Of a stretch of 34,281 bases of DNA, positions 24,217 through 33,615 are shown piece by piece. The translations under genes were made by a program, and so were the position numbers. The notes below the pieces were generated by a model, which was given only the letters and a program-made list of their open reading frames with translations, searched no databases and was not told the DNA's origin. Each line of letters begins with the position of its first letter. Position 1 is the first letter of the stretch. The DNA lies in IMG/VR virus record IMGVR_UViG_3300035524_000037, positions 1-34,281 of that record; one strand, 5' to 3'. Source of the DNA: a virus (Duplodnaviria; Caudoviricetes).

Positions 24217-26238
24217 ATGGAAGTCTTCAACGTCCTTGCCACCATGTCGCTGGTGGACATGATCACCGCACCGCTCCGGCGCATCAGCGGGCAGATGGGC
24301 ACGACCGGCCAGGCCGCGTCCTCCCTCTCCAGCCGCGCCCTGGGCCTGGCCAAGTCCCTGGCTCCGGTGGCCCTTGCCGCTGGGGTGTTTTTTGCCTCGC
24401 TGGCGCCCTGCGTTGGGACGGCAGCGGACTTTGAATCCGCCATGGCCGGTGTGGGCGCGGTCTCCCGGGCCACCCCCGAAGACATGCGCCGCCTGTCCGA
24501 TGCGGCCCGCGAGCTGGGGTCCACCACGGCCTGGTCCGCCATGCAGGTGGCCGAAGGCCAGAAGTACCTGGCCATGGCGGGTTTCTCCGTGCAGGAAAAC
24601 ATTGCGGGGCTGCCTGCCGTGCTGAACATGGCGAGCGCCGGGGCCACCGACCTGGGCCGGGCAGCGGACATCAGTTCCGATATCCTCTCCGCCTTCAACA
24701 TGCAGGCCGCGCAAATGCCGCGCGTTGCCGATACGCTCACCGCCGCGTTCACCTCGTCCAACACCTCCCTAGAACTGCTGGGCGAAACCATGAAATACGT
24801 GGCTCCGGTGGCGGAAAAAGCCGGGGTTTCCCTGGAGCAGACCGCTGCCATGGCCGGGCTGCTCGGCAACGTGGGCATCAAGGGCAGTCAGGCAGGCACG
24901 GCCCTGCGCGCCATGCTCAACGGCCTGGCCGCTCCGTCCTCCGAAGCAGCCAAGGCCATGGCGGCCCTGGGCGTGCAAACCCAGGACGCGGCAGGCAATC
25001 TGCGCAGCCCCATCACCATTCTGGCGGAAATGGCCGAGGCCATGGACGGCTTGGGCAGCGCCCAAAAAATGGCCGCCGCCAAGACCGTGTTCGGCACGGA
25101 GGCCATGAGTTCGGTGCTGGCCCTGTTCGATCAGGCCGGGGCGGGCGGCATCACGGAATACGCCAAACAGCTGGAGGCCGCCGGAACCGCTGCGGAAATC
25201 GCGGCCCGGCAAAACGACACCCTGCGCGGCGACCAGAAGGCCCTGGGCAGCGCGTTCGAATCCCTGCAAATCACCATTGGCTCGGTTTTTCTTCCGGCCT
25301 TGCGCGGCATCACCCAGGCGGCCACTGCCGTAGTGCGCGGGCTGGACGCCCTGGCCGGGCATCCAGTGGGCAAATTTTTGCTTGGGCTGGTGTCCATTGC
25401 CGGGGCCGTGGTGCTGGCGGTCAGCGGCATGTCCCTGGTGGTCTGGGCGGCCACAACCGCCTGGGCCGCGCTCAATGCCGTGATCCTCGCCAACCCCGTA
25501 GGGCTGGTCATTGGGGCCATTGTGGCGCTCGTGGCGGGCATCGTGGCCCTGTACAACAACTGCGAACCCGTGCGCGAGGTGCTGGATGCGGTCTGGCAAG
25601 CCATGACCCGGCTCTGGTCCGGGGTGGTGGACTTTTTTTCCATCCTCACGGGCGTGGGCGTGGTGGGCGTGTTCGCCTATTATTTCACGGATGCCTACAA
25701 CGCTGTGACCCGTTTTTGGGACGGGCTGAAAAACCTTTTCAATATTGATCTGGCCGAGTCGGGCCGCAAGCTGATCCAGACGTTCGTGGGCGGCATCAAG
25801 TCCGTGGTCACGGCCCCGTACGAGGCGGTCAAGGCCGGGCTGAACAAGCTGCGCCAGCTGCTGCCGTTCTCGGACGCCAAGGAAGGCCCGCTCTCCAGCC
25901 TGACCCTGTCCGGCACGCGTATGCTGGAAACCATTGGCGCGGGCATCAAAGCGGCTGCGCCCCAGCTGCATGCAGCAGCGGTCAGCGCCTTGTCCGGGGT
26001 AGGCGTTGCCGCAAACATGGCCGTCACGCCGCCGGACCTGCCCGCGCCCGAACCACCCGCCACGCTCGCGGCGAGAACCGAATCCGGCCCTGCGCCGACT
26101 GCCCCAGGCCGCAACATCACCATCCACGGCCTGACCGTGCATCTTTCCGGTGTGCAGGACGCGGACGGCCTGCTGTCCGAACTGGAACGGCTCGTGGCCC
26201 AGCATGACGGATCAGCGGATTGGGGAGGGCAAACATGA
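24217..26238 (+). CDS. tail tape measure protein (TP901-type core)
   Basis: AADFESAM, YLAMAGF, LGETMKYVAP, GIKGSQAGTALR, ANPVGLVI, LPFSDAKEGPLS. Confidence 0.95.
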   Translation: MEVFNVLATMSLVDMITAPLRRISGQMGTTGQAASSLSSRALGLAKSLAPVALAAGVFFASLAPCVGTAADFESAMAGVGAVSRATPEDMRRLSDAARELGSTTAWSAMQVAEGQKYLAMAGFSVQENIAGLPAVLNMASAGATDLGRAADISSDILSAFNMQAAQMPRVADTLTAAFTSSNTSLELLGETMKYVAPVAEKAGVSLEQTAAMAGLLGNVGIKGSQAGTALRAMLNGLAAPSSEAAKAMAALGVQTQDAAGNLRSPITILAEMAEAMDGLGSAQKMAAAKTVFGTEAMSSVLALFDQAGAGGITEYAKQLEAAGTAAEIAARQNDTLRGDQKALGSAFESLQITIGSVFLPALRGITQAATAVVRGLDALAGHPVGKFLLGLVSIAGAVVLAVSGMSLVVWAATTAWAALNAVILANPVGLVIGAIVALVAGIVALYNNCEPVREVLDAVWQAMTRLWSGVVDFFSILTGVGVVGVFAYYFTDAYNAVTRFWDGLKNLFNIDLAESGRKLIQTFVGGIKSVVTAPYEAVKAGLNKLRQLLPFSDAKEGPLSSLTLSGTRMLETIGAGIKAAAPQLHAAAVSALSGVGVAANMAVTPPDLPAPEPPATLAARTESGPAPTAPGRNITIHGLTVHLSGVQDADGLLSELERLVAQHDGSADWGGQT

Positions 26239-26747
26239 TGGATGGGTTGCTGAATTTTGCGCACGGCGAGGTGCGGCTTGGTTCCCATACCGTGCCGGGC
26301 ATCCTGCGCACGCTGCGCGTGGGTGGCAAGGTGCGGTTCGACGAATCCGAACCGGACGGGCTGTCCGGCAAGGCCAAGACACCCATGGGCTGGGAAGACT
26401 GCGCCGTGTCCCTCGGCGTGGAGCTGCTCACGGATGAGCGCGGCACATGCTACGACAAGCTGGCCGAGTTGGACGGACTCTTCCGGGGCCACGACAATGG
26501 CGCCAATCCCCGCGTGCTCGACGTGGCCAACGCCCACCTAACGGCGCGCGGCATTGAGCGGGTGGTCTTTGCCGGGCTGGATTCCTCGGAGTCTGACCGG
26601 GACGATGTGATCCTGGCCACCCTGCATTTTACCGAGCACCGCCCGCCCGTGATCCGGCTGGAACAGGTGGTGGGTGCGGCGCACGACGCAGCCAACCGGG
26701 TCTATGCCCCGGGCCTGGACCCGGCCATTGGGGAGCGCAGCCGATGA
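26235..26747 (+). CDS. baseplate / tail initiator protein
   Basis: ATGA overlaps at both ends; position after tape measure. Confidence 0.65.
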   Translation: MMDGLLNFAHGEVRLGSHTVPGILRTLRVGGKVRFDESEPDGLSGKAKTPMGWEDCAVSLGVELLTDERGTCYDKLAELDGLFRGHDNGANPRVLDVANAHLTARGIERVVFAGLDSSESDRDDVILATLHFTEHRPPVIRLEQVVGAAHDAANRVYAPGLDPAIGERSR

Positions 26748-27571
26748 GCGCGAACGCCATTGCCGGGGTGCGCCTGTACGTGCGCGTCGGGAACCTGGAA
26801 GTGCGGCGCTGCCCGCGCCTGGAGCTGGTCTCCCGGCGGCACGCGCCCGTGGCTAAGGCGGAAATCCATGCCCCGGACCCGGACGGCACGCTTCGCAGCC
26901 AAGTGGCTGACGGCGCAACCGTGACCGTGGAATACGGCTACCGGGGCGGGCAAAGCGCCACCTGGACCGGCACGGTGCAGGGCATGCGCCGCGTGAGCCG
27001 CGACCAGCTCTGCCTGCTGGCGGACGGCCCGGACCTGGCCCTGGTGCGTACAACCGTGCGGGAGTGCTACGCGGATGAATCCGCGCGGGCCATTGCCCGG
27101 CATCTGCTCCAGCACACGAGCCTGGCCGTGGCCACTGCGCCCGGCATCACCATCCCGGACGAACCCCTTGCCCGCTTTCCCGTGGCGAACATCCCGGTCT
27201 GGCAGGCGGTGCGGCAACTGCTGCACACCCTGGCCCGGTCCTTCGGCCACGACATGCGCGCTACGGCCCTCTGGCTGGGCACTGAGAACGGCCAGCCCGC
27301 GCTGTTTTTGGGTGACTTTGACGAACCGGGCGACGTGCCGGTCATCGCCACGGGCGAAAACCTGATCCGCCATCTGCCCGCTGCGTCCGGAACGGGGCTA
27401 AATTCGGTGGAAACCTTTCTCCTGCCCGGCCTGACGCACTCGCGCGCCGTGCACCTGGTGGACACCCGCCAAGGTCTGGACGCGCAGATCCGCGCGCTCA
27501 CGGTCCGGCACGAAATCGAAGAGCAGCGCATGCGCACGTTCATTGAATATGGGAGGGAACATGGCAACTGA
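26744..27571 (+). CDS. baseplate hub protein
   Basis: VTVEYGYRG...WTGTV, typical hub pattern; position before spike. Confidence 0.7.
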   Translation: MSANAIAGVRLYVRVGNLEVRRCPRLELVSRRHAPVAKAEIHAPDPDGTLRSQVADGATVTVEYGYRGGQSATWTGTVQGMRRVSRDQLCLLADGPDLALVRTTVRECYADESARAIARHLLQHTSLAVATAPGITIPDEPLARFPVANIPVWQAVRQLLHTLARSFGHDMRATALWLGTENGQPALFLGDFDEPGDVPVIATGENLIRHLPAASGTGLNSVETFLLPGLTHSRAVHLVDTRQGLDAQIRALTVRHEIEEQRMRTFIEYGREHGN

Positions 27572-28262
27572 TTTGAAAACACTGCTGAAACGCGCCGTGG
27601 AACTCGCCATGCCCGATTTGCGCGCCTATTACCGCGTGCTGCGCAAGGCCCGCGTGGTGGCCACGTATCCGTCCGAGGACGGGCGCTATTGGGCGGATGT
27701 CCAGCCGCTCCGCAACGACGAGAGCGTGGATGAGAACGAGCCTATGATACCGCGCGTGGAGATCCCCGTGCTCTGGGGCGGGCCGGATCGCGGCGTGGTC
27801 TGCCCGCCTGCGGTCGGCACCCTGTGCGACCTGGAGTACTACGACGGCGACCCCAACCACCCGCGCATTTCCAATTTCCGCTGGGCCGGGAATGGTGCGC
27901 CCGCCTGCGAGGTGGGCGCGTTGATCATCCAGCACAGCGACGGCACCTACATCAAGATCGACGCGCACAAAAATCTCATCGAAGTCACGCCCGCCAACCG
28001 TGTGAGCACCATCGGCGGGAACAAGACCGAAACCATCGGCGGCGTCTGGACCATCAAGGCTCCGTTGATCATCCAGGAGGGCAATGTCCAGGCCTCCGGG
28101 CCGAACGGGACCATCGGCAGCGTCACCTGCCAGGCGCACACAGCCCAGCAGGGAAGCTACACCCTGACCGGTCCGATTAAATGCACGTCCCTGGAGGTCA
28201 CGGGCGACGCGACCATTGCGGGCAACTGTCATGCCGGGAGCCGCAGCGGAGGCGAGATATGA
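27561..28262 (+). CDS. baseplate spike protein (gp45/gpV-like)
   Basis: OB-fold-like N-half (ADVQPL...GVVCPPAVG) and beta-repeat C-half. Confidence 0.8.
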   Translation: MATDLKTLLKRAVELAMPDLRAYYRVLRKARVVATYPSEDGRYWADVQPLRNDESVDENEPMIPRVEIPVLWGGPDRGVVCPPAVGTLCDLEYYDGDPNHPRISNFRWAGNGAPACEVGALIIQHSDGTYIKIDAHKNLIEVTPANRVSTIGGNKTETIGGVWTIKAPLIIQEGNVQASGPNGTIGSVTCQAHTAQQGSYTLTGPIKCTSLEVTGDATIAGNCHAGSRSGGEI

Positions 28263-28313
28263 ACAATTCTTCCCGCTTGCCAAAAAGGTTCTTGCGCCGC
28301 CGGAGGCCGCAGC

Positions 28314-28748
28314 ATGACTGACATCTTCGGCACTGACATCGCCCTGGACGCGTCCCTGGCCCCCCGCATCGCCGCCAACGGTGAGCTGGTCCTCTGTTCC
28401 GCTACCGATACGGGAATACAGGACATCCGGCTGCGTTTGTCAACCTATCTCGGCACCTTGTTTTATGACCAGGACTACGGCTCCACGCTCCCGGACTGGC
28501 TGCACGACGAAAACACCGAGCTGGCCCGCATCGGCTTTGCCGCCGAGGTCAAACGCCGCATCGGCGAAGACCCTCGCGTGGTTCCCGGCAGCGTGGCCTG
28601 CGCGGTCACGGACTGGAACGAACTGTCCATGCGCGCTGAAGCTTCCTTCCGATTTATGGACACGGACCACGAACGCAATCTCATCATTACGGTTGATACA
28701 TCCAAAAAGGAAATGGTGATCCAGGATGCCGACCCCGCAGTTATCTAA
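28314..28748 (+). CDS. baseplate wedge protein (gp25/gp46-like)
   Basis: QDIRLRLSTYLGTLFYDQDYGS...EDPRV. Confidence 0.85.
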   Translation: MTDIFGTDIALDASLAPRIAANGELVLCSATDTGIQDIRLRLSTYLGTLFYDQDYGSTLPDWLHDENTELARIGFAAEVKRRIGEDPRVVPGSVACAVTDWNELSMRAEASFRFMDTDHERNLIITVDTSKKEMVIQDADPAVI

Positions 28749-29916
28749 GACCCTCGACGAAATCCGCAGCATGGTCTTCGGTCATGTGGAGGACGTGCAG
28801 GAGGAATACGCGGCCAAAGGCTGGCTCCCGGCCCGGCTGAATCTGAACAAGGGCGTGGTGCGCGGGCTGCTCGAACTCTACTGCTGGGGATTGTACCAGC
28901 TCTACCAGCTCCTGGCTGCGGTGTTTCAGCAGGCCGCCCCTGCCACGGCCACGGACGAGCAGTGGATGGAGTGGCACGCCGAGCAGGTGGAAGCCCCGCG
29001 CAAGCAGGCCACCAAGGCCGAAGGCCGGGTCCGGTTTGCCAGGGGTGCGGATTCCGGCAATCTGCCCATCAAGGCCGGACGCATCCTCAAAACCCTGCCG
29101 GACGGCAACGGCGAGGTGCAGCGTTTTGTGACCACTGCGGACGCGGTGATCCCAAACGGCAAGAACGAAGTGGCCGTCCCCGTACAGTCCGAGTCCTACG
29201 GGGCGGCTGCCAACGTCACCCCTGGCCAGATCACGGAGCTGGTCACGCCTGTGCCGGGCGTGGATGCGGTGGGCAACGATGCAAATTGGCTCACGAGCGA
29301 GGCTTCGGACCTGGAACCTCTGGAAAAATTGCGCGAGCGGTATTTCCTGCGCTGGCTCGGCAACAACGGCATGACAAAATACGCCTATCAGTCCTGGGCC
29401 TTGGCCGTGACCGGCTGCGTGGCCGTCAAGGTGCTGGATCAGCACCCGCGCGGACAGGGAACCGTGGACGTAATCGTCAAGGGCGCGGCGGGCCTGCCCA
29501 CCGAGACCCTGCTGGACGCGGTGCGTGCGTCCGTGGCCTCGGCCGCCTCGGCGGACGGGGTGGAATCCGGCCCGCCCGTGAATGACGACTGGCAGGTGCG
29601 CGGTCCCCAGGCCGTGGAGGTTATCATTTCCGGCGGGTTGATCCTCAAACCTGGCGCACATGCGGCCACGGCCCTGGCCGAAGCGGAACAGCGTCTGCGG
29701 GCCATGTTCACGGATCCGTCCACGGTGCCGGGCGTGGTCCCTTTGCAGATCGGCGAGGATTTGCCCCTCGACCGGCTCACCGCCGTGGTCATGGCTGCAA
29801 GCGGGGTCAAGCGTGTGGATTGGATCGGACCGGCCCAGGACGTGGCCGTGCCGGAGCATGGGCTAGCCGTGCTCGCGGGCCTGGACCTGACCGCCACCGA
29901 GGCGGACGAGGCATAG
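28726..29916 (+). CDS. baseplate J / gp47 protein
   Basis: APATATDEQW, RKQATKAEG, GAAANV, YQSWAL, PRGQGTVDV. Confidence 0.92.
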   Translation: MPTPQLSKTLDEIRSMVFGHVEDVQEEYAAKGWLPARLNLNKGVVRGLLELYCWGLYQLYQLLAAVFQQAAPATATDEQWMEWHAEQVEAPRKQATKAEGRVRFARGADSGNLPIKAGRILKTLPDGNGEVQRFVTTADAVIPNGKNEVAVPVQSESYGAAANVTPGQITELVTPVPGVDAVGNDANWLTSEASDLEPLEKLRERYFLRWLGNNGMTKYAYQSWALAVTGCVAVKVLDQHPRGQGTVDVIVKGAAGLPTETLLDAVRASVASAASADGVESGPPVNDDWQVRGPQAVEVIISGGLILKPGAHAATALAEAEQRLRAMFTDPSTVPGVVPLQIGEDLPLDRLTAVVMAASGVKRVDWIGPAQDVAVPEHGLAVLAGLDLTATEADEA

Positions 29917-29921
29917 GGCGT

Positions 29922-30566
29922 ATGGGCATCTTCAGCGACTATTTCTTTAAGACCCTGCGCTGGCCCCTGGCGCACAGGCCCGGTCCGCTGGCCGTGCTGG
30001 TGGAGGGGCTGGCCCGTAGCCTGGACGAAGTGCGCACGGATATTATCCACCTGCGCAACCAGTTCAACCCCGAAACCTGCGAAATGGATCTGACCCCAGC
30101 CCATGCGGAGAGCCGGGGGCTGACGCGCCACAAGATGGAGACAGACGCGCAATACGCCCGCCGCTGTTTGCGGGCCTATGCCTGGCATCGGCTGGGCGGG
30201 GGGCAGCTCGGCATGCCGCGTATCTTTGCGGCTCTGGGGTATCCGGGCGTGACCATGCGCAACGTGCGGGAGGATGATCCGGACCGCTGGGCCGAATTCA
30301 TGCCGTCCGTGCCTGTCACTGATTCCGGGTTGGCTGCCGGAGATTATGCCACCATTGCCCAGGTAGCCAACGAAACCAAGCCTGCCCGGTCCCTGCTGGC
30401 GGGCATCCGCGCCACAAGCGGCGTGCCCGGTGGCGTCCGCGCGGGCGGCATCATCTATTCCACGGTTCGGGTCCGGCTCATGCCGGAACGGGCCACCACG
30501 CTGAACATTATCGGCACGGTCTACGGTGGCGGCTACGCCCATACCGTGGCCCGCACCCGCATCTAG
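29922..30566 (+). CDS. baseplate / tail protein I-like
   Basis: HAESRGLTRHKMETDAQYARR, DRWAEF, NETKPARS; follows J. Confidence 0.75.
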   Translation: MGIFSDYFFKTLRWPLAHRPGPLAVLVEGLARSLDEVRTDIIHLRNQFNPETCEMDLTPAHAESRGLTRHKMETDAQYARRCLRAYAWHRLGGGQLGMPRIFAALGYPGVTMRNVREDDPDRWAEFMPSVPVTDSGLAAGDYATIAQVANETKPARSLLAGIRATSGVPGGVRAGGIIYSTVRVRLMPERATTLNIIGTVYGGGYAHTVARTRI

Positions 30567-30580
30567 CAAGGAGGAGATTC

Positions 30581-31582
30581 ATGTCCCTGATACTGACCCA
30601 GGCCGGACTGGCCGCGTACGCGCAAGCCGACGCCACAGGCGTGAAGCTTCAGGCCACGCACATGGCCGCAGGTGACGGCGGCGGCCAGGCCGTGGCCCAT
30701 ACGTCTGATTCTACTGCGCTTGTACGCGAAACCTGGCGCGGCGAACTCCAGGAAATCACCGTGGCTGCTTCCGGCGAGGTGGAATTCGTGGCCCATGTGC
30801 CCATCAGCGTGGGCGGCTGGTGCATCCGCGAAGTGGCCATTTACGCGGACGACGTGCTGCTGGCTGTGGGCGCGCACCCGCAACTCTGGAAGCCCGCCCC
30901 GGAATCCCCGGACAAGGTCGAGCTGGTCATCACCGCCCCGGTCAAGTTCGCCAACGCCGCCACTCTGAGCTTGACCGTGGACACCACCAAGGTGTTGGCC
31001 AGCCAGAAGCACGTGGTGGAAAAGATCGACGAGCACGACCAGGACGAGCAGGCCCATGCCTTTTTGCAAGGGCTGATCGCGGGCCTGGAGGGGCAGATGC
31101 CCGGCCCGGCCACCACGACCCTTGCGGGCGTCATCGAGCTGGCCACCAATACCGAGGCCATCACCGGCACGGATGCGCTCCGAGCCGTGACCCCGGCGGC
31201 CCTGGCCGCCCGCATCGCCGCGCTGCTGGCCTCGGCCAACGCCTGGGATAAGGTCCAGACCTACGGCGCACCTGCCGCGTTGGCCATCAACGCCGGGACC
31301 GTGACCTGGGACGCGGGGGCCGCCCCCAAGGCCAAACTCACACTCACCGAAAACGTGACCGCCATCACGCTCCAGAACGCCGCCAATGAGCACTACGAGC
31401 TGACCATTGTGCAGGACGCCACGGGCGGACGCACGGTGGCCTGGCCCGCTGGCTGGCTCTGGCCCGGCGGGTCGGCAGCCGAGGTCACCGCCGATGCCTG
31501 GGGCGTGGACGTGTACACCCTTTCCGGCGACGCGGGGACCATCCGCGTGGTGGGGGCTCAGGACTTCAAGGCGGTGTCGTAA
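30581..31582 (+). CDS. tail fibre protein (collar-type N-terminus)
   Basis: ILTQAG...MAAGDGGG...VGGWCIREVAI, HDQDEQAH, AGVIELATNTE. Confidence 0.88.
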   Translation: MSLILTQAGLAAYAQADATGVKLQATHMAAGDGGGQAVAHTSDSTALVRETWRGELQEITVAASGEVEFVAHVPISVGGWCIREVAIYADDVLLAVGAHPQLWKPAPESPDKVELVITAPVKFANAATLSLTVDTTKVLASQKHVVEKIDEHDQDEQAHAFLQGLIAGLEGQMPGPATTTLAGVIELATNTEAITGTDALRAVTPAALAARIAALLASANAWDKVQTYGAPAALAINAGTVTWDAGAAPKAKLTLTENVTAITLQNAANEHYELTIVQDATGGRTVAWPAGWLWPGGSAAEVTADAWGVDVYTLSGDAGTIRVVGAQDFKAVS

Positions 31583-32742
31583 TGGGTGCCCCGTTTGTGC
31601 AGCCCTTCGTTTTCATGGGGTCTGGCGGCCCGCGCAACTGGTTCGGCGACGGGAGTCTCGGCGACGTGCGCATCACGGACGCGGGCGGGGCCGAGGCTAG
31701 CCAGGACAGCGGCCAGACGTGGACGGCCATCACCGGCTGGACCCGCGAGGGCAACGTGGTCCTGGTGCCGTCCGTGGAGGACGGCGACATGGTGGTGCTC
31801 CACTGCCGGAGCCTGCACATCGAGGCGGGCATGACCCTGACCACCTCGCAGCGGTGCCGGGGCCTGCTGGTCTACACCCAGCGGGACGCCGTGATCAACG
31901 GCACCCTGACCATGACCGCGCGGGGCTGCCATGCCAACCCGGCGGATGCGGCCGTGACCGCTGACACGCCCGTGGCCCCGGGCGACGGGCACGCCGTACC
32001 CGAGAGCGGCATCACGATCCGGCGGTTGGCCAGGGGGTTGACCGATACGGACCTGGCCACGGACCTGATGCACGGCTGCGGCTTGGATGCCGTGACCAGC
32101 GAGGCCAATCAGCCTGTGGTGGATGGCCGGGGCATCGTGGTCCGCATCCCGCGCGTGGGCGGGGCGGGCGGGGCCGGGGTGAGCAGCGGCGGCGATGCGG
32201 GCGGCCAGGGCAATGTCGGCGGGACCAGCCTGGGCGGTACCGGTGGAGGCGGGTCCGGGGCCCACTCATCCAGCTCACAGTACAGCGGTGACGGTGGCGA
32301 TGGCACGTGCTGGAGCGGCGGTAGCGGCTCCGGTGGCGGGCACGACGTATCTACGGCAGATGCAGATAATTATGGTGGCCCGGGGGGTGACGCGGCCGGA
32401 GGGTATACCCCGGGTGGCGGCGCGGGCAACCCGGCCGGGGCCGGAGGGGTCACACCTGCCAATGACGGCACAGGCGGGCTGCTGATGCTGGTCGTTGGCG
32501 GGGCCATTGCCGGAGCGGGCACACTCAGTGCGGACGGCGTGCGCGGCGGTATCGGCGGCTACTCGTCTGGCGGCTCGTCTGGTGGCGGCGTGGTCCTGAC
32601 GATGTTTGCCCGGGACAACGCCTATACGGGCTCCATCACGGCTAACGGCGGCGAGGCCGCCATAGCGACCGCCAACTCCAAGCCAGGCGGCGCGGGCGGC
32701 GCCGGCGCGGTGGTCGGGCCGGTTAAGATTGATCCGAGATAA
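31582..32742 (+). CDS. glycine-rich tail fibre / receptor-binding protein
   Basis: FGDGSLGD N-terminal motif and many GGxGG repeats; TAATG coupling. Confidence 0.75.
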   Translation: MGAPFVQPFVFMGSGGPRNWFGDGSLGDVRITDAGGAEASQDSGQTWTAITGWTREGNVVLVPSVEDGDMVVLHCRSLHIEAGMTLTTSQRCRGLLVYTQRDAVINGTLTMTARGCHANPADAAVTADTPVAPGDGHAVPESGITIRRLARGLTDTDLATDLMHGCGLDAVTSEANQPVVDGRGIVVRIPRVGGAGGAGVSSGGDAGGQGNVGGTSLGGTGGGGSGAHSSSSQYSGDGGDGTCWSGGSGSGGGHDVSTADADNYGGPGGDAAGGYTPGGGAGNPAGAGGVTPANDGTGGLLMLVVGGAIAGAGTLSADGVRGGIGGYSSGGSSGGGVVLTMFARDNAYTGSITANGGEAAIATANSKPGGAGGAGAVVGPVKIDPR

Positions 32743-32752
32743 GGAGAGAGAC

Positions 32753-33103
32753 ATGGGATATACTATTTTGCACAATCGGCAGGATGCACAGAGTCGCGAT
32801 TTTGTTGCAGGACTGCCTGAGGCCGATCATACGATCATTGAGTGGTACACAGATGTAAAGGGCGTAGCCGCGTATCAGGCCGCGCACCCGGGGCTGCATC
32901 CGAGCGCGTTTCCGAGCGTGTTGGTCCGCGTGCCAGCGTATCGCGAGCCGGAGACCATTGACCCGGCCACGGGCGAGACCCTGCCCGCCCGCAACGTGGC
33001 CGCGCACCACAAGCTGCTGCGCTGCCCGGCCAGCTTGGCCGAGGTGGAGGCGTATGTGGAGATGGTGGGCCAACGGGCTGTGGACCAGCCGGTGGCGGGA
33101 TAG
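32753..33103 (+). CDS. hypothetical protein, possible fibre accessory
   Basis: AAGGAG SD; follows the fibre genes. Confidence 0.65.
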   Translation: MGYTILHNRQDAQSRDFVAGLPEADHTIIEWYTDVKGVAAYQAAHPGLHPSAFPSVLVRVPAYREPETIDPATGETLPARNVAAHHKLLRCPASLAEVEAYVEMVGQRAVDQPVAG

Positions 33104-33115
33104 CCCCAGCTGTGA

Positions 33116-33139
33116 AAGGGGCCGGAGAACCGGCCCCTT
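33116..33139. terminator. GC-rich hairpin after the tail operon (possible terminator)
   Basis: AAGGGGCCGG-AGAA-CCGGCCCCTT perfect 10-bp stem; U tract weak. Confidence 0.45.
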
Positions 33140-33290
33140 CGCAAGTAGAGTGGAGCAGGCAAGGGCGTAGCACCGCCCTTACTGGCCCGGCGTTGCACCG
33201 CCGGTCCACCGGCCAAAGCCAGCTGCTCCCTGGGCCCTGATCAGGGGTAAGGGAGATGTAGCAGGCCAAGGCGCAACCAACAACCAGGAT

Positions 33291-33467
33291 ATGCAAGAGG
33301 ATATCAGATGCGGTAACTGCAACAAACTTCTAGCCCGTGGCCAGGCGCTCGACCTGACCATCAAATGCCCCCGCTGCGGGGCGATAAATCACGTGAGGGC
33401 CCAGAGCCCCAAGCTAGAAGGCCAGCGAGCCACACGTGAGGAAACCCATGACGAAAAGGCTTCCTGA
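33291..33467 (+). CDS. com: Com-family zinc-finger translational regulator (58 aa, not in ORF track)
   Basis: MQEDIRCGNCNKLLA...IKCPRCGAIN. Confidence 0.92.
   Translation: MQEDIRCGNCNKLLARGQALDLTIKCPRCGAINHVRAQSPKLEGQRATREETHDEKAS
33395..33433 (+). promoter_or_regulatory. candidate Com RNA target repeats
   Basis: GAGGGCC-CA-GAGCCCC and GAAGGCC-AGC-GAGCCAC in the com 3' end, upstream of the overlapping start at 33448. Confidence 0.65.
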
Positions 33468-33615
33468 GCTTCCGCCCGAAGCTCCCACAACGAACGGGTT
33501 CAAGTACAAGGAACAGTTCGGGGTCATCGTCGTCTGCAAAGACGAGGAGGAACACCGCAAGGTGTATGACCAACTGATCAGAAAGGGCTACAAGGCCAGG
33601 ACGGTGCGCGTATGA
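33448..33615 (+). CDS. small hypothetical protein (55 aa, not in ORF track)
   Basis: GAGG SD; overlaps com; ...YKEQFGVIVVCKDEEEHRKVYDQLIRKGYKARTVRV; ATGA overlap with next gene. Confidence 0.8.
   Translation: MTKRLPELPPEAPTTNGFKYKEQFGVIVVCKDEEEHRKVYDQLIRKGYKARTVRV

Noticed and set aside
28200-28262. Spike C-terminus lacks an HxH metal-binding motif
   Set aside because: Spike tips vary; not enough evidence that this is meaningful
32150-32720. GGCGGC-rich low-complexity repeats as possible repeat array or DGR region
   Set aside because: Explained by glycine codons; no adenine-specific template/variable pair and no reverse transcriptase
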